A DNA stretch of 64,000 nt from assembly GCF_018977255.1 (NCBI RefSeq), contig NW_024704743.1:19284001-19348000 (forward strand). Direction: 5' to 3'. A program made the position numbers and the translations under genes. The notes under the pieces were generated by a model. That model saw nothing but the letters and a program-made list of their open reading frames with translations. It searched no databases and had not been told where the DNA came from. Position 1 is the stretch's first letter. Every line of letters begins with the position of its first letter. This DNA comes from Callorhinchus milii (lineage: Eukaryota). This document shows, one piece after another, positions 1 through 11,903 of this stretch.

Positions 1-443
1 AAACCGGGAGCAGGCTGGAGCCTGCTGAACAGAGGGAGCGGGTAGGTTGGTAGGGAGTCAGAAGGTCAGAGAGCTAGGAGGGAACAAGGCCATGGATGGC
101 CTTGAAAGTGAGAACGAGGATCTTGAATTCAATCCCCTGGGGGATGGGGAGCCAGTAGAGTCAGGCGAGGGTGGGAGTGATGGGTCACAGAGCCCGGTGC
201 ACAAGAGTACACGAGCTGCAGAGTTTTGGATGATCTGCAGCTTGTGAAGGGAAGAGTTGGGAAGGCCGATGAGGAGAGAATTTCCATAATCGAGCCTTGA
301 TGTGACGAATGTGTGGGTGAGGGCTTCGGCAGCCTGAGGGGTGAGGCAGTAGCAGAGTCTGGCAATGTTGCGGATGTGGTGGTAGGCAGTGCCGGTCATG
401 CCATGGATGTGAGGGAGAAAGGACAGTTCGGGGTCAAACAAGA
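1..443 (-). mobile_element. L2-clade LINE fragment (ORF2 C-terminal region)
   Basis: Minus-strand ORF FDPELSFLPHI...HTFVTSRLDYGNSLLIGLP...QIIQNSAARVL, typical of L2 ORF2. Confidence 0.9.
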
Positions 444-1141
444 CAGGTTCCTGACTGGCTTAGTGAGGCTGAGTGTGCAGCCGTGGTTGCAGATGCTGCC
501 AGTCCAGGGAGTGAATCTGGGACCTTTCTCGTCTGGATGGTTCAATTACTCATGGGATAATATTATTTTAAAAACAGCTCTCTCCTCACATTTTGTGGGA
601 ACATTTTTGAGTGCCATTCTGAGCCGTTGAATCAAATTGCATTGTGTTTAGGGGATAATGGCCTCTTTTCTCTGGTCAGCCGGGTGTCTTGACAAGTGAA
701 GGAAACCATCACCAGGCTTAAGAGTATCCAAACCAGACTAAAAATTCTGTGTATTCCATCTGCACATGGAAATTCCTAAAATATTTATTGGAATATTCCA
801 CCTACACATTCCACCTACACATGGACATCCCAGAGATAGATTGTTGGAGTGAAATGCGCACTCTCTCCCTGGAGGGACACATCCTGCTTACCTAATTCCG
901 GAAATTATTAGATGCAGGTTGGCAAGAGCCGAGGCTTGGTGACCCCAGAGTGTGTGTTGGAGCACTGCTGGAAATTAACCAGCTAAACCCACTTGCCATT
1001 GATAGTTTAGTCACCTCAGCTTGCAGGGGCTTCTCCCACTCTCACAATTGCAAATGGCATCCTACCAACTTCAGCAATTTCAGACAAGTGTTTTGGAATC
1101 CCAGAATTTTTACCCCAATATTTCTTCTTTCATTTTGACAG

Positions 1142-1587
1142 ATCATGGGAAGTTTCTCTTTCTCGCCACCAACTTGCACGGGGACCAAACTGGGTTGACG
1201 ATTAATGCAGATGATGTGGCTTGTTTGGGTCGAGTCACGGATAATCCTTCAGCTGTTTTCACAATTTCCTCACCTGGCTTGTACCAGACATGGTACAGAC
1301 CGTCTCCCTGAAATCTGTATTGAAGAGCCACTTCTTTTTAGTCCACTCTCAGGTGGACTCGTCGGATGAAATAAAATTATTTATCAAGCAAGAATCACCG
1401 GGCGACACTGATGTAGTTCAGGCTTCATTTTGGTTACTGAAGAGTAAATGGTTTGAAGGATATGATGCTCTGGAAGCGGTCAGTCTCCCAGGCTACTTTG
1501 TCCGACACAAGAACTCTCACATCTTATTGGCGAAGGATGACGGTTCAGAGAGTTTCAAACAAGAAGCCAGCTGGAAAGTGCAATCAG
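1142..1587 (+). CDS. MALRD1: MALRD1 exon 1 of window: AbfB/CBM42-like (otogelin-type) beta-trefoil domain, with a 1-nt frameshift near 1280-1290
   Basis: Acceptor tttcttctttcattttgacAG|1142 and donor CAG|GTGCTT at 1588, phase 1 at both ends. Frame 1 reads DHGKFLFL...AVFTISSPGL; frame 3 continues TVSLKSVLKSHFFLVH...ASFW...WFEGYDALEAVSLPGYFVRHKNSHILLAKDDGSESFKQEASW. These match AbfB motifs (PGL..VSLES..YFL; GY..LE...PGYFVRH..DGS..FK..ASF/W). Length 446 is one base short of a multiple of 3. Confidence 0.7.
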
Positions 1588-2160
1588 GTGCTTGCAGTTC
1601 CTTTTATGTTTCAAGCACCAGGTGGGCTTTGAGGTCATAGTGTTGGCTGGCCATCCCGCACAGTGCTGGGGCAGCACTATATTATTGTAAGATCCGACCT
1701 TCGGATGAGACATTAAACCTGAGATCCCACCTGCTACCTCAGCTGTAGCTTAGTGCTGTGAGTTGCTATCCAGAGTAAAGGATGTTATATAAACGCAAGT
1801 TGTTGTTCAAGAGACCAAATGACTATTGGAAATAGAATGAAGTTTCTCCCAGTGTCCTGGCCAACAAACCTCCCAATAAAATCCTCCAGATTCTCTGTTA
1901 AATATGGAGGTCTTCTGGATCGTCACTTCCTTGTTGTGTATTTTGAAGTAACACAGGGTGTGAGATATTGGACCCAGACCACGGCATTATAATGGGGTTG
2001 GCTTGTAAATACCTCACGGTTTGAAGAAATGGTAGAGAATTTTTCAGTGAAACGATGACAAGCTTGGGTTTTAAACGCCAGTAGGTTAGCAGAGGATAGG
2101 GAGTTGGAGGGAGGTAATGGTTCCAACTTAGAATACCTCTGTTTGCAGTCCACAATGCTG

Positions 2161-2650
2161 CAACAACAACAACTTGGATTTATATAGTGCCCTCCACGCT
2201 GGACGGCGTCTCAGAGCGCTTTACAGTAAAGGATCCCAGAACTGAGCCAGGGGGAGGGAGGGGAAGGCGGTCGAAAGGAAACTTCTTCAGCAGAGACCTG
2301 AAAATGGGAAGGGAGGGAGCGAGGCGAGGGGAGTGAGGAAGGCAGTTCCAGACCCTCGGGGCATAGTGGCTGAAGGCACGGCTGCAGAGGCTGAAGCAGA
2401 GGACTCGGGGGACGAGGAGGAGGCCAGACCCGGAGGAACGAAGGCAACGGGTACTGTTTTGAGGAGAGAAGAGGTCAGAGAGGTACGGGGTTGCAGAGGA
2501 GTGCATGGACTTGAATACAAGGATGAGGATCTTGAAATCGATCCTCTCTGGGATAGGCAGCCAGTGCAGTCTGGCCAGGACTGGGGTAATCGGGGAGTGG
2601 AGTTTCGTGCGGGTGAGAATGCGGGCACCAGAGTTTTGAATGCTCTGTGA
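2161..2650 (-). mobile_element. L2 LINE 3' fragment with (GTT)n tail
   Basis: QNSGARILTRT..ITPVLARLHWLPIPERIDFKIL; caacaacaacaac tail at 2161. Confidence 0.9.
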
Positions 2651-2770
2651 AATATATTTCAATCGGATTGAAATGTTATTGCACCTCATTGCAAATGTAT
2701 GATTTGTCATTGAAATCATACATTTGCACCTCTAATTTATTTAATTATTTTGTTGTTTTACTCCCAACAG

Positions 2771-2911
2771 CAATCTTTTCAGCCCCCGTGCCTCCAACAA
2801 ATGTCTGTCCCCAGCATTTCTTCTATTGTCACAACGCAGGTTGCATCCCGGCCACTAAATACTGTGATTTTACTGCTGACTGTCCGGATGGAGATGATGA
2901 AGTCTCTTGTG
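2771..2911 (+). CDS. MALRD1: MALRD1 exon: LDL-receptor class A repeat
   Basis: ctcccaacAG|...G|GTAAGT; 141 nt, phase 1-1; CPQHFFYCHNAGCIPATKYCDFTADCPDGDDEVSC (6 Cys plus acidic DCxDGxDE motif). A second in-frame acceptor is possible at 2783. Confidence 0.9.
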
Positions 2912-3310
2912 GTAAGTAATAAAACAACAGTGGTTCTGGGGTAATAAACCCTTCAAATAAATAAATAAATAAATAATTTTTAAAAAGAATAATTGGGTCA
3001 CTCAATCCATGACAATTTATGGACACTACTGTGTGCAATTGGCTGCTGTGTTTCATCCACAAAGTATACAGTCACTTTACAGTAAAGGCGCTCTATAAAT
3101 GTAATTTTATTGTTGTTGCTGTGTTGAAAGACTATTAATCTTTGGTTTGCATTAGCTCTCTGAGGGTTTAAGTTGTAGCAGACCCTAATGTAATTTCTTA
3201 ACATTTACCTACATATGCATAGTCACTGCACTTCACATTAAATCCTGTGAAATACGTTTAGGCATTTCAAGCATTTCAGCCACATAGAGCAAGGATTTTT
3301 ATAATTCTGA

Positions 3311-3638
3311 TGATAATAATAATAATACTAATCCTTGTATTTGATATAGCTCTTTTCACATCGGGAGGACGTCCCAAAGAGCTTCACAGAACACACTGTA
3401 AAGTGAATTGACTATATATTTGTGGGTGAACGCGGCAGCCAATTGCGCACAGCAATGTCCCACAAACAGTCGTAGATTGAAAATGACCAATTTATTATTG
3501 TTTTTGGTTTTGGAGGGATTATTATTAGGCGTGTGGAGTAAGGAAACTTGCCCAAGGTTTCGCCCTGACCTGCCTGGAATTGAACTCAGGTCTCTCGCTT
3601 GCAAAGCGAGTGCTCTAACCACTGAGCTACAGGACTCC
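3311..3638 (-). mobile_element. Young tRNA-derived SINE (tRNA-Ala(UGC)-like head, L2-like tail, (ATT)n)
   Basis: Reverse complement begins GGAGTCCTGTAGCTCAGTGGTTAGAGC (A box)...GTTCAATTCC (B box); near-identical copies at 25839 and 38848. Confidence 0.9.
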
Positions 3639-4429
3639 ACGATGATGATTTTTAATGCCATCTCAGTAACGCCACTGCAATGAAATCAACTTTCAGAGTG
3701 AAATTCCCACTTGTGATCGATGTGTGTGATGCATAGTTGGTTACCGGAAGGAGTTTCTACTCAGATTCCTTATTCCTTGTTAAAAACTGCCTCAATTTGA
3801 ACTTCAAAGTCACAAACTTTGGAACAAAGTAACCCAGACTCAAGTTCAAAAGAGAGAAAATGAACAAACAGTTCAATTTGATTTACGATAGAGCCCCATT
3901 ATAACACAGTTTTTGGACTCCATAAAATATCACCGCTGCAGAAAGGCACAATAGTGTGTTTTTCCTGAGAGCTGACCTGCTTCCGCTGGCTGGTTCCTCA
4001 ATGTGCAGCAGGATAGCGACCTAATGACTCGGAAGTCATCCATTTACAACAACAACAAATTACATTTATATAGCACCTTTCACTTCGGGAGGATGTGCCT
4101 AGGGGTAGGGTTAGGAGGGTGAAAAGCTAGTCTTGTTCAGGAAGTGAATGGGCCGACTGAACACGTGCATAATGAATGGGGGGGCCACAGTGCAACCATG
4201 TTATGTGGTCTACAAATCCCTTCACACCTTGACACCTCCCGACCTTTCTGACCTGCTTTCTCTCCACTCCACTACCCGCTGCCTCTGCTCGGCTGGCTCT
4301 GGCCTCCTGCTTGTCCCTCGTCCCCTCTGCTCCACCTTCAGCAGATGCACTTTCATCCACGACGCCCCAAAGCTTTAGAACTCTCTCCCCCAGTCCCTGT
4401 GTCTTGTTCTATCAGCTTGTATCGCGTAC

Positions 4430-5273
4430 ATCAGGGCCTGGATGAGTACAAACTTTCTGCAGCTGAATGTGCACAATTTGGAAGCTATACTCATTGGCTC
4501 CTGTCAACGTCTTCACTTCTGCGGATCTGAACTCCTCAACCTTCCAAGGCTCTCCCTCTGACTCATCGACCCAGTGCGCAATCTAGGTGTCCAGTTCAAC
4601 CCACAGCTGTCCTTCCGACCCCACATCTGGTCCCTGATCAGGACCGGCTTCTTCCTCCTCCGCCACATTGCCCAACTCTGACCATACGTCAAACCAAATG
4701 CAGCCAAAACCTTCGTGCATGCGTTTGTCACTTGCCGCCTGGATTACTCAAACGCACTCCTCGCCGGTCTCCCCACCTCCTCTATTCAAAAGATCCAGCT
4801 CATTCAGAACTCTGCTGCCCGCATACTGACCCGGACCAAACTCCATACCCACATCTCACCAGTTCTGGTCAAGCTCCACAGGCTCCCCATCACCAAATGG
4901 ATCGACTTCAAGATCCTCACGCTTGTGTTCAAATCCTTTCACTCTCTGGCACCTCCCTACCTCTCTGACCTCCTCACTCCCTATTCGACTGGCACCGGCC
5001 TCCTGTTCATCCCTCACACCCTCCGCCCCACCATCGGAGTTCACACTTTCAGCCACTACACCCCAAAACTCTGGAACACTCTCCCTCAATCCCTCTGCCT
5101 TAACTCCGCTCTCCCCTTTATCAAGTCCGCCTAAAAACCTTCCTCTTCGACCGCCCATACGGCCACCTCACCCCCTCCCACCCCCACGGCTCGGAGTCAG
5201 GCTCCGCCACTGTTAAGCACTCTGAGACGTTACCCTGCATGGAGGGCGCTACATAAATGCAAGTTGTTGTTGC
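4430..5273 (+). mobile_element. L2 LINE 3' fragment
   Basis: HAFVTCRLDYSNALLAGLP...; ends ...ataaatgcaagttgttgttg; further L2 pieces at ~4046-4405 and ~5275-5430. Confidence 0.9.
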
Positions 5274-5939
5274 TTTGCCCCCTCTTTCCCATGTTTCAAA
5301 TCATCACTGAAGCCCTTCCTCTTTGACCGTGCTTAAAGTCGCCTCCTCCCTCATGCCAGCTTGGCGTCAGGCTTCACCACTGTTAAGCGTTCCGAGATAC
5401 TGCCCCCGGTCACTATATAACTGCAAGATGTAAATGTAAAATGAATCTGCGCTATAATAAAGCGTGATATAATTGGGTTGCACTATATTTGATACAGAGA
5501 GCGGTTATTATGTGAAATTGACTACCGAGTGAGGCAGTAGAGCCAAATTGTGTCAGCAAATTCAAGAAGGAATTAGATAGCTATATGGGGGAGAGAATAA
5601 TGTAGGATTTTATTTACTTTGAAGCAAGCCAAATGGATTGCAATGCTTTTCCTGGAACTGTGTATGAAGCTCTGTTATCGATATATGAATACAGGAATTG
5701 AAAGTCCTGGCAATGCACAGCGGTCAATCAGGATCTGAAGAGAAACATAGTTTGACATTTTGAAAGTAATTCTTTATCAGATTTGGTGCATGTTCCACGT
5801 GCTATTACATTCATTTAAAAATATAATGAAAGCACATTACAAAACAATCGATCTACTAGCCATGGTAATAATTATAACCCTTCCATTTGATATAGCACCG
5901 TATCACATCATGAAAATGTCTCAACACATTTAATATAAA

Positions 5940-7192
5940 TAAGAATTTGATATAGCACCTTTCATATCAGGAGGACATCTCAATTTGCTTTACAGAATTC
6001 TCAGTAAAGTAAAATTAATGACTGTGTATTTTGTAGACAAATGAAACAGCCAGTTTGTTTCAGCAATACCCCCCACAAACAGCTATGAAACGAATGACCA
6101 ATTTTAACTGGAGGATTGTTGGCCAGGACATTGGGAGAAATTCCCTTCTCTTTTCAAATAGTGTCATGGGGTCTTCAACAACCACTATAACAGGCAGACA
6201 ACACATCTGAAACGAAACACCTCACACACTGCTCTCCCCCAGCACTGCAAAGTGCCTGTCTAGACTATGAACATGGACATTGCTGAAGTTGGAAGCCATC
6301 CTTCCTGGCTCCCATCAATGTCTTCTCACTTGTGCTTCTGAACTACATAACCTCCCCTCCCTATCCTATAGACTCACCAAAACAGTACACAACCTTGGCG
6401 TCAGATTTGAATCCCCAGTTATCCTTCCTATGCCACATCCGGTCCCTGACCACAACTGCCTTCCTCCATCTCCACCACATGGATGCCTTAGCCCCTATCT
6501 TACTTCAAATATTGCTGAAATTTTCATTTATGTTTTCGTCACCTTCTACCTTGATTTTTCCATGCAATCCTTGCTGGTCTCCCAGCTCCACTATTAACAA
6601 GGTTCGAATGATTCAAAACTCTGCAGCCCATGTCCTCACCTGTACAAGGCTTGGCACTCACACCACCCCAATTCTTGCCAGGCTCCACTGACTCCCTATT
6701 TCTGAATTGATTGCTTTCAAGATCCTCACTCTCACTTTCAAATCACTTCATGCCCTGGCACCTTCCTACCTCTCCCATCTAGTCACACCGCACTCCTTCA
6801 CCTGTCACCTTCGCTCAGCTGGTACTGGTCTGCTTCACATCCCTCGTCCTCTCCGCTCCACAATTAGCATCCATGCTTTCAGCCAATATGCCCCAGGTCT
6901 CTGGAACTCCTTGTCTTGATCCCTCTGTCTTGCCTCCTTTTTGCCTGTCTTTTAATCACACCTGAAGATTTCCTCTTTGACTATGCCTTCAGTCACTACC
7001 CCTCTTTTTCCAGCCTAACATCAAACCAAGTTTTAAGTGCTGTTAAATGCTCAGTGAGGCTACCCATGTGAAGGGTGCTATATAAATGCAAGTTGGTGTT
7101 GTGAACTATGAGCTCGAAGTCTTAACATTGGGCTTGAAGTTGCAATCTTCTGACTCAGAGGTGAGAGTGCTACCAAATGAATCAGACTGATA
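5940..7192 (-). mobile_element. DeuSINE (SacSINE1/AmnSINE-like) split by an L2 insertion
   Basis: Deu-domain-like gttggccaggaca..ggagaaattccc..tcaaatagtgtcatggg at ~6120-6180; tRNA-like head resumes at ~7112-7192. Confidence 0.7.
6271..7104 (+). mobile_element. 5'-truncated L2 with 7-bp target-site duplication ACTATGA
   Basis: L2 ORF2 remnants (QNSAAHVLT..LARLH; FKILTLTFKSL); ACTATGA at 6264-6270 and 7105-7111. Confidence 0.85.
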
Positions 7193-8802
7193 TACAATAG
7201 TAATTGCAATGATAAATTACCAAAATAATGACAAGCCTCAGAAGGAACCTGGCCTGGATTAGATAAAATTTAATTTAGAAAACAATTCAGTGAAATTCAC
7301 TTACTACTGTTATTAATTTTAATTATGTGAACAGCACTGGGATTTTGTATCGTCAGTGCTTTTTTGAAGTATTAATGATATTAATTACATAAAAAACAAA
7401 ATGATTGCATGTTCACAGTGATAATTATTCCTTGAGTATAAAAATATGACCAACAAGTAAAATGAATGTCATTATTTTTCATTAGAGTGTTTGTAAGCAT
7501 TGTAGGTATGAGACAGATTTGAAGAAAATAGGCCAAGAGATACACTGTTTAAACAAGGCTTCAGCATATTCATTCCTGGCAATCTCGAGTCATCTCTGTA
7601 TTGTAATGTATGAAAATAGGGTACAAACCACATTTATAATAATAATCCTTCCATTTGATATAATGTCTTATCACATTATTGAGACGACTCAAAGCGCTTC
7701 ACAGAATATACTGTAAAGTGAATTGACTGCATATTTTGTGGGTGAAACGCGGCAGCCAGTTGCGCACAGAAGTGTCCCACAAACAGTCACGGATTGTTTT
7801 TATTTGTTTATTTATTTTTATTTATTTGTTTTGGATAAACAACTAGCAGGATCACAGACAAATGACTGCAGGGTGAGACGATGGATACTTTTTCAAGATT
7901 ATAACTGGAATTAGTTCTTCAATACGGGTAAAGGTTTCAAGCATCGGAAAAAGCAAGTTAAAATATTAATAAATTAGATGTTGGGAACACCAGGTTCAAA
8001 CCAGTGAGGTAGCCCATCATCTTCAGATGTAGAATCATTGGGATCTATGACCCAGGGATGATAGATACTTGGGAAGTGACAGTATTAAGGGACGTGTAGG
8101 TAAGATGGAGAAAGGATTATGCAATTATCTAATGATAGATAGGCGCAACTGGTTGAATGGCCAATTCCTGTTCCTTAGAAGGGAAGTCAAGTGAAAATGT
8201 TTGTACACAAAAGATAATAGATGTGTGGAATAACACACAAGCAAAGATCAAGAAAGTAGAATGGCCACTTGGTTAAGTATCTGCAATCAATCAGTGGCTG
8301 TGGAACTGTACTCCCGTGGTGTCTTCAGTGGAGTTTTTTTATTCATGCTGCTATCCTAGTTGTAAGAGTTATTCAATCCCAGGGATAGGGGCGTTTTCTG
8401 CTGTTGCTGAGTCTAAGTGCAGCGAAATTAATAGGACTTTGAATTTTAAAGTGTGATATTAGGGTCTGCCATGCACTGATTACATATTCCATAACACAAA
8501 AAAGTTAGAAGAGCGTAGAAGAGCAACAGGAATAATCCCTAGTGTTGGAGGAATGAGTTATGAGCCATGATTGGAAAGGTTTGCGCTCTTCTTTTGCAAA
8601 TTATGGAATCCAGTCTATCCTATGAAAACTGGCTTCAAAAATTACGGATGCATTTAAGAATATAACAAATTTTGTACACAATGAAATTATAAGTCAATAG
8701 AATAAATCTAGCCCAGGTGGAATTTCCAGTCACTAATATTTGTTAACAGATTCAATATGTTACGAAAGATAGCATCTTTCACCCTAAATAGAACAAAATG
8801 TA

Positions 8803-9580
8803 CAACAGCAACAACAACAGCAACTTGCACTTATATAGCGCCCTCCATGCAGGGTGGCATCTCAGAGCGCTTAACAGTGGCGGAGCCTGACTCCGAGTCA
8901 AAAGGGCGGCAGGTGGCCGTAAGCACGGTGGAAGAGGAAGGTTTTCAGGTGGGACTTGGAAAAGGGGAGAGAGGGGGCAAGGTAAAGGGATTGGGGGAGA
9001 GTGTTCCAGAGTTTCGGTACGTAATGGCTGAAAGCGTGACCTCTGATGGTGGGCGGCGGGTTCAAGGGATGAGTAGGAGTTGCCAGTCGAGCGGAGGCAC
9101 CGGGTGGTGGATTGGGGAGTAAGGAGGTCGAAAAGGTAAGGAGGTGCCAGGGATTGAATGGATTTGAACATGAGTGTGAGGATCTTGAAGTCGATCCATT
9201 CGGTGATGGGAAGCCAGTGGAGCCTGGCCAGAACTGGTGAGATTTGGGTATGGAGTTAGGTCCGGGTAAGTATGTGGGCGGCAGAGTTCGGAATGAGCTG
9301 GATATTTTGAATAGTTCGGGAGTGCATTTGAGTAAACCAGGCGGGAGGTGACAAACGGGGGCGGGAAGAGAAACCATTTGTCGAGATGAAATGGAGGCGG
9401 TTGGTTGTTAAGAAGGACTCGAACCATTTGAGTGTGGTCCCACTAAGGTGAATGAGGGAGGAGAGGCGATGGAGGAGGATGGTGTGGTAGATTGAGAGGA
9501 CATCGTTTGTGATTTTGACAAGCACTATCTCTGTGCTGTGGGCATGGCGGAAGCAAGACTGCAGGAGCTCGAGGAGGGAG
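8803..9580 (-). mobile_element. L2 LINE fragment, internally deleted
   Basis: acaacagcaacaacaac tail; RT remnants LVKITNDVL, HTILLHRLSS, FVTSRL. Confidence 0.85.
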
Positions 9581-10625
9581 CATTACTTAATAGTACTTAA
9601 TATTAGAAATTGTTAGTTGGAGAATTACATTCTGAATGAAAAGCCAAGCCCCTCCCCTAGTTATTAATTCTCTTTTAAATATTTTCCAAAGAAATGGATG
9701 TAAGTGATAAAGGAAGACACCACCAGATTTTAATAGAAAATAGAATTATCCTCTTCTATCAGCTTTTCTTAACTAGACAGGAACAAATGTGCCTTGAATG
9801 ATACCTCATCCATCAGTTTCTTTCCATAATTGGTGTGAAATTGCGCTTTAGCGGATATCATTATCAATAACAGATAAAACTATCTTCACGATCGCGTCAG
9901 TGAACTAACTAACCAGAACATGCAGAAAATGTGAGCGAATAGACTGTGGGTTGATTCTCATGAGAGTAGAATCCTAAAAGGGCTGGAAATTCACCCTGAG
10001 CACATGGCAAGATTCTAATTTACATTACGCATCTCTCTTCGTCACTTTCTGATACCAAGAAGTGTAAAGCTTCAAGGCATTTCCTTCTGGGGTTATACAT
10101 AAAGTGAACCAAACACATCAAATGCAGCACCTCTAAAGTGAGTTTCTAAACTGTCCACGAGATAAACAGGTACACCAAAGTGTTTTTCTTTTACGGACAC
10201 CGACTGAAACAGGTTACCAGAAAGGGTAGTTGAGGTCAGAGCACTGGATTCATTTAAGCAACACTTGTTGCTGTGATGGGAAGATGGAAGGGTGGATATT
10301 CTGGAAGGATGAGATCAAATAGGCCAAAGGGCCTTCTACACCTGAACTGATCTTGTGATTGGAGTGAAAGTTGTAGCAAAATGGGTAAATTACAGAAAAT
10401 TCCACCCAGCCGATGCCATTATTGGACTAGCTGGCCTGGTCTTGGAATGTGATTTTAGTGTTGATCAGAGAGATTAGCTACACTCAACCCCCCAAAAAAT
10501 TGTTAGTGTGGAATTTCTATCAAATGTGATTCTAACACATTCAGTGGTAAAACATCCATTCAGTGTTATGTAGAGCTCTTCTGGTGATATATGGCTTTAA
10601 TGGGATTTTTATCTGTGTTTTACAG

Positions 10626-10778
10626 CCGCAACATGCACCTTTGAAGAGAATGACTGTGGCTGGTTTGAGAATATCCCCAGTGATGACTTTGATTGGATCA
10701 GAAGCTCAAGAAATGCTCTACCTTCAAACATCCAGAATCAAGTCCCAGCTCAAGACCACACCACCAATACATCCGACG
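10626..10778 (+). CDS. MALRD1: MALRD1 exon: MAM domain N-terminus
   Basis: ttttacAG|...G|GTAAGA; 153 nt, phase 1-1; ATCTFEENDCGWFENIPSDDFDWIRSS...QDHTTNTSDG (MAM CxFE..CGW..DW..DHT). Confidence 0.95.
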
Positions 10779-11302
10779 GTAAGAGACTGGAATCAATCTA
10801 ATGAGAACTTTAGTGGAGGTGGTTTTCTTCCACTATTTCTTAAAAACATTTCTCAACTCATTCAGGAAATAAAATTAGGGAAGAATTTATGATATTCCAC
10901 CTTAGAAAGTTGCGGAAAAGACACTGACACCATGTGTAGTATCCAAATGAGAGTGCCACTTGAAGCTGAGATCTTCTGACCTGGATATCTCAATGACTTT
11001 AGCAACTGGGTCATGAAAGAACAACAACAAGATTACATTTGTATACATTTCATGTCGAGAGGACGTCCTAAGGCGCTGAAAGGAGATGGAGCTGGCAATC
11101 GTAGGGACGAGTTGATTGCAGCCAGACACAAGAGGAAGAGAAATGTATTGAGAAATTACAAAGGAGCATAGTTTTAAATTCAGACCCAAAACGATTAGAA
11201 GCATTTCTTTGCACAGAGGGTTGTGAAGATGTGGAACGCTCTGCCCAGAAAGCTGTAGAGACAGAATCAGTAGGGATGTCTAAAAGCAAGATAGACAGTT
11301 AG

Positions 11303-11492
11303 TATCCCATAACGCAGTAGTTAGCACACTTGCCTCACAAGCGAAAGGACCTGGGTTCGATTCCCGGGCGCTGCAAAAGCTTTGGCACGTTTCCTTACTC
11401 CACATGCCTCTGTTTACCTAGCAGTAAGTAGGAACCCGTTTGTCGATTGTTCAATTGCTTTCCGGGATAATCCCTCAAACAAAAATTGGCCA
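11303..11492 (+). mobile_element. tRNA-derived SINE, long subfamily, 5' part
   Basis: ggttcgattcccggg B box followed by ttccttactccacatgcctctgtttacctagcagtaagtaggaaccc. Confidence 0.8.
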
Positions 11493-11786
11493 CAAAGGCC
11501 CAAAATTCTCTGTGCTTCTACTTGCAAAGAACAGCAATATTAGAGCATCTGAAAATAAAAGCAGTTTCAGATGGCTGTCTCCAAGTTGATAACATTGTAT
11601 ATTTTGGCTGATTGTGAAGAACTAAGATGGTGACCAACATTTTAACTTGAAAATGCTCCTAAGGAGCAAACCGTTGTGTCAGGGGTAATAATTTGTCCAA
11701 AAAAAGAAAGTGACAATTAACAAAATTCTAAACCGTTAAGTAAACTGAATAGTTTTGGAAACATCTGTCTTTTATGTTTTATCTGA

Positions 11787-11903
<117 letters not shown>

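Noticed and set aside
1281..1298. Micro-intron (GTACCAG or GT..AG 18 nt) to repair the AbfB frameshift
   Set aside because: Far too short for a spliceosomal intron, and the lengths do not restore the frame.
3565..3638. tRNA-Ala(UGC)-like cloverleaf on the minus strand (also ~26090-26157, 39100-39168, 27710-27772)
   Set aside because: Imperfect T and acceptor stems; most copies run straight into a SINE body and tail. These are SINE heads, not tRNA genes.
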